Shown piece after piece: positions 50,725 through 60,050 of a stretch of 64,000 nucleotides of DNA (within the stretch, counting starts at the first letter, position 1; the number at the start of each line of letters is the position of its first letter). Location: IMG/VR virus record IMGVR_UViG_3300033073_001045, positions 40,004-104,003 of that record; one strand, 5' to 3'. This DNA is from a virus (lineage: Duplodnaviria > Caudoviricetes). The notes below the pieces were generated by a model, which ran no database searches, was not told the origin of the DNA, and saw nothing but the letters and a program-made list of their open reading frames with translations. A program made the position numbers and the translations under genes.

Positions 50725-51459
50725 TTAAAACTTAGGCTTTTTATGCTCATAAAGCGTTTCTTTAGAATCAAGTAATTCCTCGCCATTCCAGATATTTATA
50801 TCCTTACAGACATAGTCCGAACGTTCCTCAATTATATAAAATTGATCTTTAATTTGCTCTCGTTCATCTTTCCAGATAAACCAGCAAAATAACATATCTA
50901 AATGAGTGCCTTTTGGCATATATCCATCTCGCCAATGTATTTGCTGACTTCCAGACATAACTATAGCTTCATTATCAGTCAACTGAAATTTTTCATATTC
51001 TACTACTATGGGCCAATCAACATCATGTTTTAATTGAAGATCAATTACAACTGATTGTGGCCTATATGTGCCTTCATGACTTTTCACTCCACGCTCATCA
51101 GCAATTCTTTTTTGTCTTGGAGATCCTTTTCTTGGATAATCAGCGTGTGGTACAAGTTTAGACTTTAGGCCATAATCGGTTGAGTACTTTGCAAATGCTG
51201 CTTCATGAAATTCTAATCCAGGTAAATATTTTTCAACGGCGGCAGAGACTTGAGATATTACTATATCAGGCATAGATATATGCCATGCTCTACATCCCCA
51301 AGGTTTTAATCTGAAATGAGATTTATATTTATCTATATGTGCATATAGTTCGTCTATAGCTTCTTTGGTGAGAACTTCTTTAATTGTGAATACTTTAAAA
51401 TCTTCACCAGGTATTGGTTTTCCCGCTTTTAATTTAAGATATCCTTCTGGAGCACTCAT
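50725..51459 (-). CDS. 2OG-Fe(II) oxygenase-like protein
   Basis: PHAD...DLQL...WPIVVE...SGSQQIHWR. Confidence 0.7.
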   Translation of the reverse strand: MSAPEGYLKLKAGKPIPGEDFKVFTIKEVLTKEAIDELYAHIDKYKSHFRLKPWGCRAWHISMPDIVISQVSAAVEKYLPGLEFHEAAFAKYSTDYGLKSKLVPHADYPRKGSPRQKRIADERGVKSHEGTYRPQSVVIDLQLKHDVDWPIVVEYEKFQLTDNEAIVMSGSQQIHWRDGYMPKGTHLDMLFCWFIWKDEREQIKDQFYIIEERSDYVCKDINIWNGEELLDSKETLYEHKKPKF

Positions 51460-51722
51460 ATATTGGCTTGAATTTCGTATTTTTTATTTTCAGTCAACTG
51501 GAATAATATGTTCATTAATTTAGCACAATCGTCATGTCTCCACCACATATCGCAATATCCGTCAGATACATTTAAGCACTTGGATAGCTGATCATCAAGA
51601 TACTCATTTACATAGCCTAGACAGCTTCTAGCGACCTTTTGGTAGTCAGTTGGATAGTTACTGTATGCCGACGTAGATTTCATCTCAGAAACCATCTGAG
51701 CAATTATTTTAGCTCTTACCAT
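51456..51722 (-). CDS. Hypothetical Cys/His-containing protein
   Basis: ORF overlapping the downstream start; CDMWWRHDDC. Confidence 0.5.
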   Translation of the reverse strand: MVRAKIIAQMVSEMKSTSAYSNYPTDYQKVARSCLGYVNEYLDDQLSKCLNVSDGYCDMWWRHDDCAKLMNILFQLTENKKYEIQANI

Positions 51723-51872
51723 TGTGTGCCTAACTTTTTAAGATATAAGACCCATTTGTAAATGGTCTTTACAGACAGCAACCATTGCATAGTCTATAGC
51801 GTCAGTATATAGCGCTTCTTTATCGCAATAATAACATTTTTCTTTTTCCATAGTTAAATAATTATACCATTG

Positions 51873-51947
51873 TAGGGATATTGGGATTTGAACCCAAAGT
51901 CGATTGTATATAAGACAATTGCTTTAACCAGATTAAGCTATATCCCC
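51873..51947 (-). tRNA. tRNA-Ile (anticodon UAU)
   Basis: GGGGATA/TATCCCT acceptor, GCTT/AAGC D-stem, ATTGT-CT TAT AT-ACAAT anticodon arm, TTGGG-TTCAAAT-CCCAA T-arm; discriminator A, no encoded CCA. Confidence 0.9.
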
Positions 51948-52398
51948 TTGGGATTAGCGTATTCGATCTGTTATTTTTTTAATGCATTCTACGCAAAAAT
52001 TTTCTAAGGTCCCCCTCGAATTTAATCTTTCTACGTATTTAGGATTATCACAAAAATTGCATTTCATAGTGTGATCAATACAAGGACATACCACGCAACT
52101 AAAATAATACCTAGAGTTGTTAAAAACTGCCGTCCTTTATCCATACAGTAAGTATACTATATATTCTAGTCAACTACAATATCAGATTTTACAAAAATGT
52201 TAATATTTTTTTTTCTTGTATGATACATACATTTAGCAATGTCCGATTTGTCCGATAGTCCGCACATATTAGGGCTATTTGTGATGTATCTCACAAAGTA
52301 TTTTTTCAATATGTCCCTAATGTCCGTTTTGCGAGTTGATATTTGTCAGACCCCTCTGATAGTCTTAAGACATAAGGTTAAAGAAAGGAGATAAGCAA

Positions 52399-52557
52399 AT
52401 GCTTACTCAAACTACACTAGACAAGATAGTCTATGAATATCAACACGGTGGTGTTAAGTCTAACCACCCTGAATTAACTACCCGTGAGCGTAAGGCTCTT
52501 CTGAAGTATCTCTTCAGCCTACCTGCTCATTGTGATACATGTCACACACACGCATAA
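52399..52557 (+). CDS. Small early protein (52 aa)
   Basis: AAGGAG RBS; MLTQTTLDKIVYEYQHGG...HCDTCHTHA; below the ORF-track cutoff. Confidence 0.6.
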   Translation: MLTQTTLDKIVYEYQHGGVKSNHPELTTRERKALLKYLFSLPAHCDTCHTHA

Positions 52558-52632
52558 GCGTGTCGTGTTGATAATGTCCCCTCTATACGCTACAATTTCA
52601 GACATAAAGAACTAACGAAAGAAGAACAATAA

Positions 52633-52785
52633 ATGACAATCACTTACTCAATATGGGATGGCTCTCAACTACTAGGTGTAGATTTCAAGGCTTCCTCCCC
52701 TGATGAAATGAACACTTTTGTAAAAGAACTACAAAAGGTTTCTAAAAATGTTGTAGCACATATGCGAAAGGTAGAACAGAACTAA
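52633..52785 (+). CDS. Small early protein (50 aa)
   Basis: Follows a promoter and the AACGAAAG leader; MTITYSIWDGSQLLG... Confidence 0.6.
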   Translation: MTITYSIWDGSQLLGVDFKASSPDEMNTFVKELQKVSKNVVAHMRKVEQN

Positions 52786-53424
52786 TGATGACTAAATGGG
52801 ATACAATTCAATCAGACCTAGACCCAGTAACACCTAAGTATTGGGGAGATGAACACGAATTTGATAAGTCAATAGATGATGATGACGATATTGAATTCTC
52901 ACTAGATAATTGGGAGGAGATGTAATGACTACTAATCGCCTACTAACTACCGCCGTTCAATTAGGCATAGGTATCCCTGCGCTATATATGGCGAGGATCG
53001 TATTCCGTGATTTCGTAGCGGAGATGCGTGAAATGTGGCACGAATCACAATAAAATAACGGCGTGTCGGCTTGACAAAATCAAGCTGGCCCGCAAAGGCA
53101 CGGGGTCGGGCGTGTCGTTATGAAAGAGTTATAAAAACCCTGAAAATTTACGGCGTGTCGATTTGACAGACAATTCGGACATTTTTATGTGATGAGTATC
53201 ACACGACTTGAGCGTCTCAAAGTTTGGAATTACTGGCTAGTAATGTGAAAAATGTCAGTGGCTTAGGCTATAATTGCAGACATAACAACGAAAGAAAGAA
53301 GGTCTTAAATGAACCTAGAAGAATTCAAGGCTCACGTTATCGCACAACGTGAAGCAAGCAAGGCGGAAGCGTTGTCAGTGCTATCTGCTACAATTACCAA
53401 AACAACAAAGAAAGGCGACAACTA

Positions 53425-53625
53425 ATGTCAGCAAATGTCTATAATGTAGAAAGTCTCCTAGTGGGAAAAATGTATTACTCTAATTCAGTAAAAGGCGAGA
53501 TTATCTCAGCCGAAAAAAATAGTGATGTATGGTATGCGGATTGCGATACCTACAAGGTGCAGGTTCGCCCTACCAATTCTATCAAAGATACTTACCGCTA
53601 TGTAGCAGTAAAGGTTGGTGAGTAA
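53425..53625 (+). CDS. Hypothetical early protein
   Basis: Own promoter (53373) and GAAAGG RBS. Confidence 0.65.
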   Translation: MSANVYNVESLLVGKMYYSNSVKGEIISAEKNSDVWYADCDTYKVQVRPTNSIKDTYRYVAVKVGE

Positions 53626-53918
53626 ATGGGATTTATTGAATTCGCTAGAATAAATGAAGATGGAGTTTCTTGGGTAGATTTATCCGAAGCGACACCTGAT
53701 GAATTATTCAACATTGAATTAGGCTTACTAAATGAGGGAGCCCTATTCAATACACCTGAAGCCAAATAAGAAAGGAAAACTAAAATGGTAAAAGATGTAA
53801 AAGAAATAATTGCCGTTTCTTGTGATGAGTGTGGCGGTGCAGGTTTCCTATTTTGGGGAGATGAAAATAACTATGATGTAGAAGCGTGTGATTGCGCTCT
53901 TGATGATTGGAACATTTA

Positions 53919-54128
53919 ATGTATAAAATAACTTTATCTTATGACGGCAACGCTCCGCATTGGCAAAAAGACTATGACAACGAATTTGAGGCTTGGAAAG
54001 ATTTCTTTGCTTTCGTTGATTGGGGTTTCGCTAACGAATACTCAACTGTAAATCTTTATAATTCAGAATTGAAATGCTTTACCCGTCATTTCTATCGTGA
54101 GGGAAGAAAGGTCGTAACTGTAAAATGA
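53919..54128 (+). CDS. Hypothetical early protein
   Basis: In a run of overlapping small ORFs; likely start MYKI. Confidence 0.55.
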   Translation: MYKITLSYDGNAPHWQKDYDNEFEAWKDFFAFVDWGFANEYSTVNLYNSELKCFTRHFYREGRKVVTVK

Positions 54129-54313
54129 TGACACGCAAAGATTATATTTCTACTGCAGAAATTCTAAAGTATGTGAGCAACAAAACTCACCCAGCCGTAT
54201 TTTCTAAAATGGTAAATGATTTTGCAGAGATGTTTGCAAAAGATAATCCTCGTTTTGATGTAACAAAGTTTCACGAAGCAAGCGGATATAAAGTAAAAAC
54301 TTTTACAAATTAA
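54125..54313 (+). CDS. Hypothetical early protein
   Basis: MMTRKDY...FAKDNPRFD pattern, common in small phage proteins. Confidence 0.65.
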   Translation: MMTRKDYISTAEILKYVSNKTHPAVFSKMVNDFAEMFAKDNPRFDVTKFHEASGYKVKTFTN

Positions 54314-54639
54314 AAAGAAAAGGAACAGAAAATGACAAAAGAAAAAGTAAAACGTGTTCAAGAATTGCGCCGATCAAATGCAGCAACACCAATTCCATCT
54401 AAGAAAAAATATAAACGTAAAGTAAAACACAAAAAAGAAAAATATTTAAAAACTTATTGCGAATTGGTAGCTCCATTTTTTGAATAGTTGAATTTTCAAC
54501 TATTCGCCCGCAAAAGCGTGGGGGCTATATGTGATTTAAGACACAATGTGATTTTCCCCACAAAATTTACGGCGTGTCGTTTTGTAAATGTCAGTCTATT
54601 CTGTTATAATTCTATCACCAACCAACGAAAGGCCAATTC

Positions 54640-55359
54640 ATGAAACTAAAAAGGTCTAATGATAGAAAGGTGGCTAACCTTGTCACTAAAAATGGAAAGC
54701 AGGCAGCAATTGCTAACACGTTCGGATTGCCCGCAGGAAAAAACTATTCATGTCCTGGCGCAACGTCTATCTGTGAGACTGTTTGCTACGCTGGCAAATT
54801 GGAAAAGTTATTCCCAGGAGTAAAAACTAATCTTCTGCATAACTGGGATCTTCTTAAAGACGCAGATAGCAAAACGATGATTTCTCTTCTTGATGAAATG
54901 ATTAAAGAATTCAAGGCTGATTGTCTTAAGAAAGACGCCCCTATGTTATTCCGTATTCACTGGGACGGAGATTTTTTTAGCGACGCTTATGCATATGCAT
55001 GGAAAAACGTTATCTCTAGTCATGAAGATGTTCAATTCTGGGTATATACACGTGTAAAGTCTGCAGCGCTTATTCTTAAGGATGTATCTAATCTTTCACT
55101 GTACTATTCAACGGATGATGAGAATAAAGAAATTGCATTCGATTTAAAAACTAATTCTAAGGTCCGCCTTGCTTACCTAGGCAAGACATTCGCCTCAACC
55201 GAAGACACAATGAAAGAATTAACTGGAAAGCCTGGCGCTAAGTGCCCTGAAAATAATAAAAGCATTCCATTAATTTCTGGCAATGGGTCCGCCTGTGTTT
55301 CATGTGGCTTGTGTGTCTACGGTAAAGCAGACATTCGATTTTCTGCGAGTAAAAAATGA
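54640..55359 (+). CDS. GP88-like (radical-SAM-related Fe-S) protein
   Basis: CPGATSICETVCYA, RIHWDGDF, FWVYTR and C-terminal CP...CxxCxxC. Confidence 0.75.
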   Translation: MKLKRSNDRKVANLVTKNGKQAAIANTFGLPAGKNYSCPGATSICETVCYAGKLEKLFPGVKTNLLHNWDLLKDADSKTMISLLDEMIKEFKADCLKKDAPMLFRIHWDGDFFSDAYAYAWKNVISSHEDVQFWVYTRVKSAALILKDVSNLSLYYSTDDENKEIAFDLKTNSKVRLAYLGKTFASTEDTMKELTGKPGAKCPENNKSIPLISGNGSACVSCGLCVYGKADIRFSASKK

Positions 55360-55702
55360 GCTCAACCGATTTTTTAGGAGCTGTGATTGGAATCATTCTT
55401 ATTTTATTTTTATGCTCTCCGATTGTACTAGCTATATATATGTGGACCAATGCAAAAATAGATATCGATAAAGACGGCAAGGATGATCTTCCTAATCGTT
55501 GGGATGGGTAACGGCGTGTCGTGTTGACAATTGTCAGCACGGCCCGTATATGTAGGGGGTTTTCCACAGGCTTACGGATAATTGTGGATAACCCTGGATT
55601 TTTGTGATGATTATCACAAAAGCTGCGACACGCCGATAATGGATTAGGAAATGTCGGTGGCTTAGGCTATAATACTATTATTCAACCAACGAAAGGTAAA
55701 AA

Positions 55703-56161
55703 ATGCTAAAAGAAAAAATCACAGTAGGCGAAGCCATAACACTTATTCATGATTCACTTATGACCTTTGAAGATGGTCTGCCAAGTGCAGATATTTCTGC
55801 AATTATTTATGCAATTAACAATGATATTCAGATTCGTGATTACTTGCTAGGACTTCCTGATACTTTCCCTATGGATACTTGCAAGGCATTCTTATCTTAT
55901 ATCTCTGATTCAGTAGATGGTGCAGAACGCTACTCAGTAGATACTATTGCTTCTGCATATTTCTTTGAAACTGGCGATATTGAAATGGCAGTAATGCTAC
56001 TTGCTACCGCTCTTGATACCAAGTCTGATTATTCTTTGGCTCTATTGCTAAAGCGTGTAGTTGAGGCAGGTTGGCCATCCGATTCTTTCCGCCGTATGCG
56101 TGAAGAATTGCACCCACAGGTAATTGCAAACCTAGAGGAAAAGCAAGACGAACTAATCTAG
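55703..56161 (+). CDS. DUF4192-like protein
   Basis: DIQIRDYLLG and ALxxxxDYSLALLLxRxxxAGWP motifs. Confidence 0.55.
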   Translation: MLKEKITVGEAITLIHDSLMTFEDGLPSADISAIIYAINNDIQIRDYLLGLPDTFPMDTCKAFLSYISDSVDGAERYSVDTIASAYFFETGDIEMAVMLLATALDTKSDYSLALLLKRVVEAGWPSDSFRRMREELHPQVIANLEEKQDELI

Positions 56162-56236
56162 TTAATATGGTGGCACCGATAAATGTCGGTGCCACCTGCT
56201 ATACTTCCACTATAACTACAAACAAAAGGAAAACAA

Positions 56237-56503
56237 ATGGGACTAAACACAGCTATTGACCTAGAGGCAAGTCTATCACTTGAGGCAGGACTTGCTTATC
56301 ACTTACAGGCTAATCACTATCCACCCGTTCCCGTTGCCATGGTGCAACCTTGCATAGATGCTATTGACGCATATTGGGAGGAAGATTATCAGCGACAAAT
56401 TGATCTGCCAAAAGATATTACCTGGCGTGGACAAACTACTGCACCTGCATCGGCTATCGTAGAGGCTCACCACCTAGACGCCTGGCTTATGGAAAGTGAT
56501 TAA
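56237..56503 (+). CDS. Hypothetical early protein
   Basis: Own promoter (56184) and AAGGA RBS; HLQANHYPPVP. Confidence 0.7.
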   Translation: MGLNTAIDLEASLSLEAGLAYHLQANHYPPVPVAMVQPCIDAIDAYWEEDYQRQIDLPKDITWRGQTTAPASAIVEAHHLDAWLMESD

Positions 56504-56909
56504 TCTCACAATTAAATAATCTTAAATAGTAAAACAGGGCTAGACAAATGTCAGACCCCTATGTTAGAATACCTACCTACACAGAAAAGAGGCAAAAATG
56601 ACAATCAACGAAAAGTTGTATCAGGTTGGCGATTTATTCACCACCCTAAAGTCAAAGAAGACAGGTGTGATTAAAGAAATCCACCCACAGGCATCTGGCT
56701 CGGTGCGTGTGTTGCTAGAAATGCCAAACAAGGAAACTCGCTGGACAACAGTTTCAGCAAGCACTTTGGCAGTATAACTAAATAAACGAAACAGGGGCAG
56801 TTTCGGAAGTGTTCTAGCCCAATGTCGTAAGTAAGAACTTCCACCCTACGGGGTTGTCAGACCCCTATGTTATACTAACCACTAAACCAACCAACGAAAG
56901 AGGAAACAA

Positions 56910-57335
56910 ATGGCTAGAAACGGAAAATCTATTAGCGTGAAAATCGCTACACCAAAGGTAATCAAGGCACTAGAAACACGCCTTGCTGAATTGGAAAAGT
57001 CATACGCCACACAAGGCGAGAACGAGGCAAAGTATCAGAAAGCCCGTGATAAGTGGCAAAAGGAAATCGGTAAGTGGGCTGTTGCTAACTTTGCTAAGGC
57101 AGAGAACATCAGAACAAACTATCGCAACTGGAACAAAACTCTAAATGTAGATTTTGACCTTATTGTAAATGAAACTGATTTCCCTAAAGAGCCTGAAAAG
57201 GACTTTGAGATTATCCACTCTCACACTTACAATGAAATGAAAGAGGAAATCACGAACGCAATTCGTATCCTCAAAATGACAGACGAGGAAGTTGTAAATA
57301 CTTCTACTTACAACGCAATCGCCCGTTATCTATAA
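56910..57335 (+). CDS. Hypothetical early protein
   Basis: Own promoter (56855) and CCAACGAAAGAGG leader. Confidence 0.75.
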   Translation: MARNGKSISVKIATPKVIKALETRLAELEKSYATQGENEAKYQKARDKWQKEIGKWAVANFAKAENIRTNYRNWNKTLNVDFDLIVNETDFPKEPEKDFEIIHSHTYNEMKEEITNAIRILKMTDEEVVNTSTYNAIARYL

Positions 57336-57350
57336 TTCCTAAATAGGAAA

Positions 57351-57380
57351 TGTCCTGAGCATGACAACTAAAACTGCTCA
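57351..57380 (+). ncRNA. Compact H-type pseudoknot, copy 1
   Basis: TGTC/GACA stem; loop GAGCA pairs with downstream TGCTC after AAAAC. Confidence 0.55.
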
Positions 57381-57408
57381 CCACACAACTACTAACAAAG
57401 GAAATAAA

Positions 57409-57669
57409 ATGCGTAATCGTTTTAGAGTAGAAATCTATGACGCAGATAAAAATAACGACATCACGATTTATTCAGATCAAGGTGTTGATAAAGAATATCT
57501 AACTGAATTAGTATTCAGTAATATCAGAAACTTTAGTGGAAAAATTAACGCTTATGTTTTTGATAATGTAAAGAAAAAGAAAACAACTGCAATGTTTCTT
57601 GATGAAAACACTGTGCAGTTTAATAAAAATATAATTAATAATGCGACAAGGATAGAGCTTGGGATTTAA
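57409..57669 (+). CDS. Hypothetical early protein
   Basis: Start MRNRF at 57409 with AAGGA RBS. Confidence 0.65.
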   Translation: MRNRFRVEIYDADKNNDITIYSDQGVDKEYLTELVFSNIRNFSGKINAYVFDNVKKKKTTAMFLDENTVQFNKNIINNATRIELGI

Positions 57670-57846
57670 TCCTGGGCTCTGCCCGCAATATTGAGGGGTT
57701 ATCCACAGCGTTACGGCCACCTGTGGATAACTCCTGAAAATTTGTGAGATTGATCACACGAGACAATTCGGACAAATGACTAACTAATCTTGTAAATGTC
57801 AGACCCCTTTGCTATAATTGCACAATCAACCAATCGAAAGGAAATC

Positions 57847-58851
57847 ATGGCTCACAATCTCGAAACCGAAAACGGCGAAGTTGCATTTGCTCTTCGTGGT
57901 GCTCCTGCATGGCACAATCTCGCAAATCGTATTTTCTCACAAGATGAGGAAGTAACTACACAAACAATGCTTGATGAAGCAAAACTATCCAATTGGAATG
58001 TTCGTTTATCTCCACTAACTGACCACATTTCAGAATCTTGGAATGATGTATCTCAGGCTCAATTGGTTATTCGTGATAACCCATTTAATGGCGGAACTGA
58101 TGTTCTCGCTACTGTTGGTAAGCGTTACAAGCCTGTGCAAAATGAAGAATTGTTTGCATTTGCTGACGCTATTCATGACGCTAATGCTGATTGCCGTTGG
58201 GAATCTGCTGGCTCTCTTAAAAAAGGTAAAGTTGTATTTGGAACTGTAGATATTCCACGCACAATGGTATTAGACCCACAAGGTGCTAATGACCAAACAA
58301 AACTTTATCTTATCGTATGGACATCTCACGACGGTTCTGTTGCTGTTCAAGCAGCGGTTACACCTGTTCGTGTAGTTTGCCAAAATACTTTGAATCTTGC
58401 AATGCGTAATGCAAAGCAATCTTTCAAAATTCGTCATACTCAATCTGTTGAGGGTCGTATTCAAGTTGCTCGTGAGACTCTTGGTCTTGCGCTAGGTTAC
58501 TTTGATGAATTTGAGAAGCAGGCTCAAGCCCTTTATTCTCAATCAATTACTGACGCAGAATTCTCAAAGTTGATTCAGACAATTTATCCAAAGCCTGAAA
58601 AAGACGCTAAGGGTGCAATTAAAAAGTGGGAAAATAAAGTTGTCTTAATTGATGACCTTTATCATAACTCACCTACTAACGCTAATATCAAGGGAACAAA
58701 ATGGGGTGCGTTTAATGCACTTACTGAACGCCTTGATTACTTCCGCTCTGGTCGTGGTAATTCAGAATCACTTATGGCGGGTGCAAGTGGTTTTGACCCA
58801 GTTCTAACCGCAGAAAAAAATAAGTTGTATCGAATGGTTGCAACTTTCTAA
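57847..58851 (+). CDS. DUF932 family (phage/plasmid-like) protein
   Basis: PAWH, YKPVQN, SAGSL, TSHDGS, TPVRVVCQNTL, RHT and GTKWGAFNA motifs; start MAHNL after GAAAGG RBS. Confidence 0.88.
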   Translation: MAHNLETENGEVAFALRGAPAWHNLANRIFSQDEEVTTQTMLDEAKLSNWNVRLSPLTDHISESWNDVSQAQLVIRDNPFNGGTDVLATVGKRYKPVQNEELFAFADAIHDANADCRWESAGSLKKGKVVFGTVDIPRTMVLDPQGANDQTKLYLIVWTSHDGSVAVQAAVTPVRVVCQNTLNLAMRNAKQSFKIRHTQSVEGRIQVARETLGLALGYFDEFEKQAQALYSQSITDAEFSKLIQTIYPKPEKDAKGAIKKWENKVVLIDDLYHNSPTNANIKGTKWGAFNALTERLDYFRSGRGNSESLMAGASGFDPVLTAEKNKLYRMVATF

Positions 58852-58857
58852 ATAAAA

Positions 58858-58886
58858 AAATCCTGAGCAAGATTTAAAACTGCTCA
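58858..58886 (+). ncRNA. Compact H-type pseudoknot, copy 2
   Basis: AAATC/GATTT stem (covaries with copy 1); same CTGAGCA loop and AAAAC-TGCTC tail. Confidence 0.55.
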
Positions 58887-58892
58887 CCATTT

Positions 58893-58965
58893 GGTTCGTT
58901 AGCTTAGCGGTTAAAGCGCTACCCTGTCACGGTAGAGATCACGAGTTCAAATCTCGTACGAATCG
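58893..58965 (+). tRNA. tRNA-Asp (anticodon GUC)
   Basis: GGTTCGT/ACGAATC acceptor, GCTT/AAGC D-stem, CTACC-CT GTC AC-GGTAG anticodon arm, ACGAG-TTCAAAT-CTCGT T-arm; discriminator G. Confidence 0.92.
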
Positions 58966-59082
58966 CTCTCATATAATGAGACGCCCGCAATATTGAGGGT
59001 GTGATGTTTATCATACGGAGGATCGAAAAAAACCCTGGAATTCTGTAGACAAATGTCAGTGGGGTCCTGTATAATTCTCGGC

Positions 59083-59691
59083 ATGTCAGAATTTAAATCA
59101 TATTGGTATGTATGTCAATCTTGTGATGCATCAATTGAAGTTGTGTCTAAGGGAATCCATTTCCAAGACCCAACATGTAATTGTAATAATTCAGAGGTTG
59201 TGTGGTGTCAGACCAGTGTGGTAGAATCAGACCCTACAAACGAAAGGCAACAAATGGAAACAACAACAAATTATGATGCTAATGTACTTGTAACTTACAA
59301 AGATATTACTGACGGTGTTACAACATATCCAACACTTAAGGTTAATGAACTTGAGTGGAAGTTGGAGCGAATCAAAAGACTAGAACAGCAGTTATCTTTT
59401 TCTAATGGTCAGATTAGCCGCATCATTGAAAACTTATCTGAAGATGGTTGGTTTAATCCAAACTATGAAAAGGAAGAAGTTCTCAACGACCTTTGTGAAA
59501 TTCTTGACTACGAACCAAAGAAAGAAATTTGTTTTGAGGGCGTAATTCATTTCTCAGGTCGTGTCGATGTTAAACTTTCAGAACTTGAAGACTTTGACCT
59601 TGATGACATGTTGTCAGAACTATCAGTTGATGTATACAACGGCGATGTTGTTATCGATGATTATTCAGTCGAAGATGTGCGTGAGTGCTAA
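59083..59691 (+). CDS. Hypothetical protein with N-terminal Zn-ribbon; second in-frame start at 59254
   Basis: Leaderless ATG 7 nt after TATAAT; CQSC...CNC; internal promoter 59206 and AACGAAAGG RBS before METTT. Confidence 0.65.
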   Translation: MSEFKSYWYVCQSCDASIEVVSKGIHFQDPTCNCNNSEVVWCQTSVVESDPTNERQQMETTTNYDANVLVTYKDITDGVTTYPTLKVNELEWKLERIKRLEQQLSFSNGQISRIIENLSEDGWFNPNYEKEEVLNDLCEILDYEPKKEICFEGVIHFSGRVDVKLSELEDFDLDDMLSELSVDVYNGDVVIDDYSVEDVREC

Positions 59692-59906
59692 TGTATTTTG
59701 AGTTAACTGCAAAAGATGAACGTTCCCTCCGTCTCTCATTTTGGGAGGCGGAGGTAATGGGACTCGATCCTGAATATACTAGCCGTGCATTGACTTTCAG
59801 CATAGGAACTGGTAGTATTGAGAAAGTGAGTAACATCAGAGATAAGTTTAATTTAACAGAAACTTACTGGTCTGATGCAGAACCAACAGGATACACAGGG
59901 AGATAA
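59691..59906 (+). CDS. Hypothetical protein
   Basis: Start overlaps the upstream stop. Confidence 0.55.
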   Translation: MYFELTAKDERSLRLSFWEAEVMGLDPEYTSRALTFSIGTGSIEKVSNIRDKFNLTETYWSDAEPTGYTGR

Positions 59907-60050
59907 AATGTCAGACTATAAAGATGGTTTTGAAGATGGTTATAAGTTTGCTCGTGAAGAGCTAATGGAAAAGCTTTCAGAGATTGATATCACTGATATC
60001 GACTCTTGGATTCTTGACCGTCTTGCAGAAATGATTGAGGGTGGCTCTCT

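Noticed and set aside
56169-56196. GGTGGCACCGA...TCGGTGCCACC hairpin resembling the SpCas9 tracrRNA 3' hairpin
   Set aside because: Short match, with no cas genes or repeats. It is an 11-bp inverted repeat after a stop codon that overlaps the 56184 promoter, most simply a terminator-like structure.
55532-59930. Extra TGTCAG hits at 55532 and 59909 as promoters
   Set aside because: No TAnnnT at the 16-nt offset; 59909 is the ATG TCA GAC start of a small ORF.
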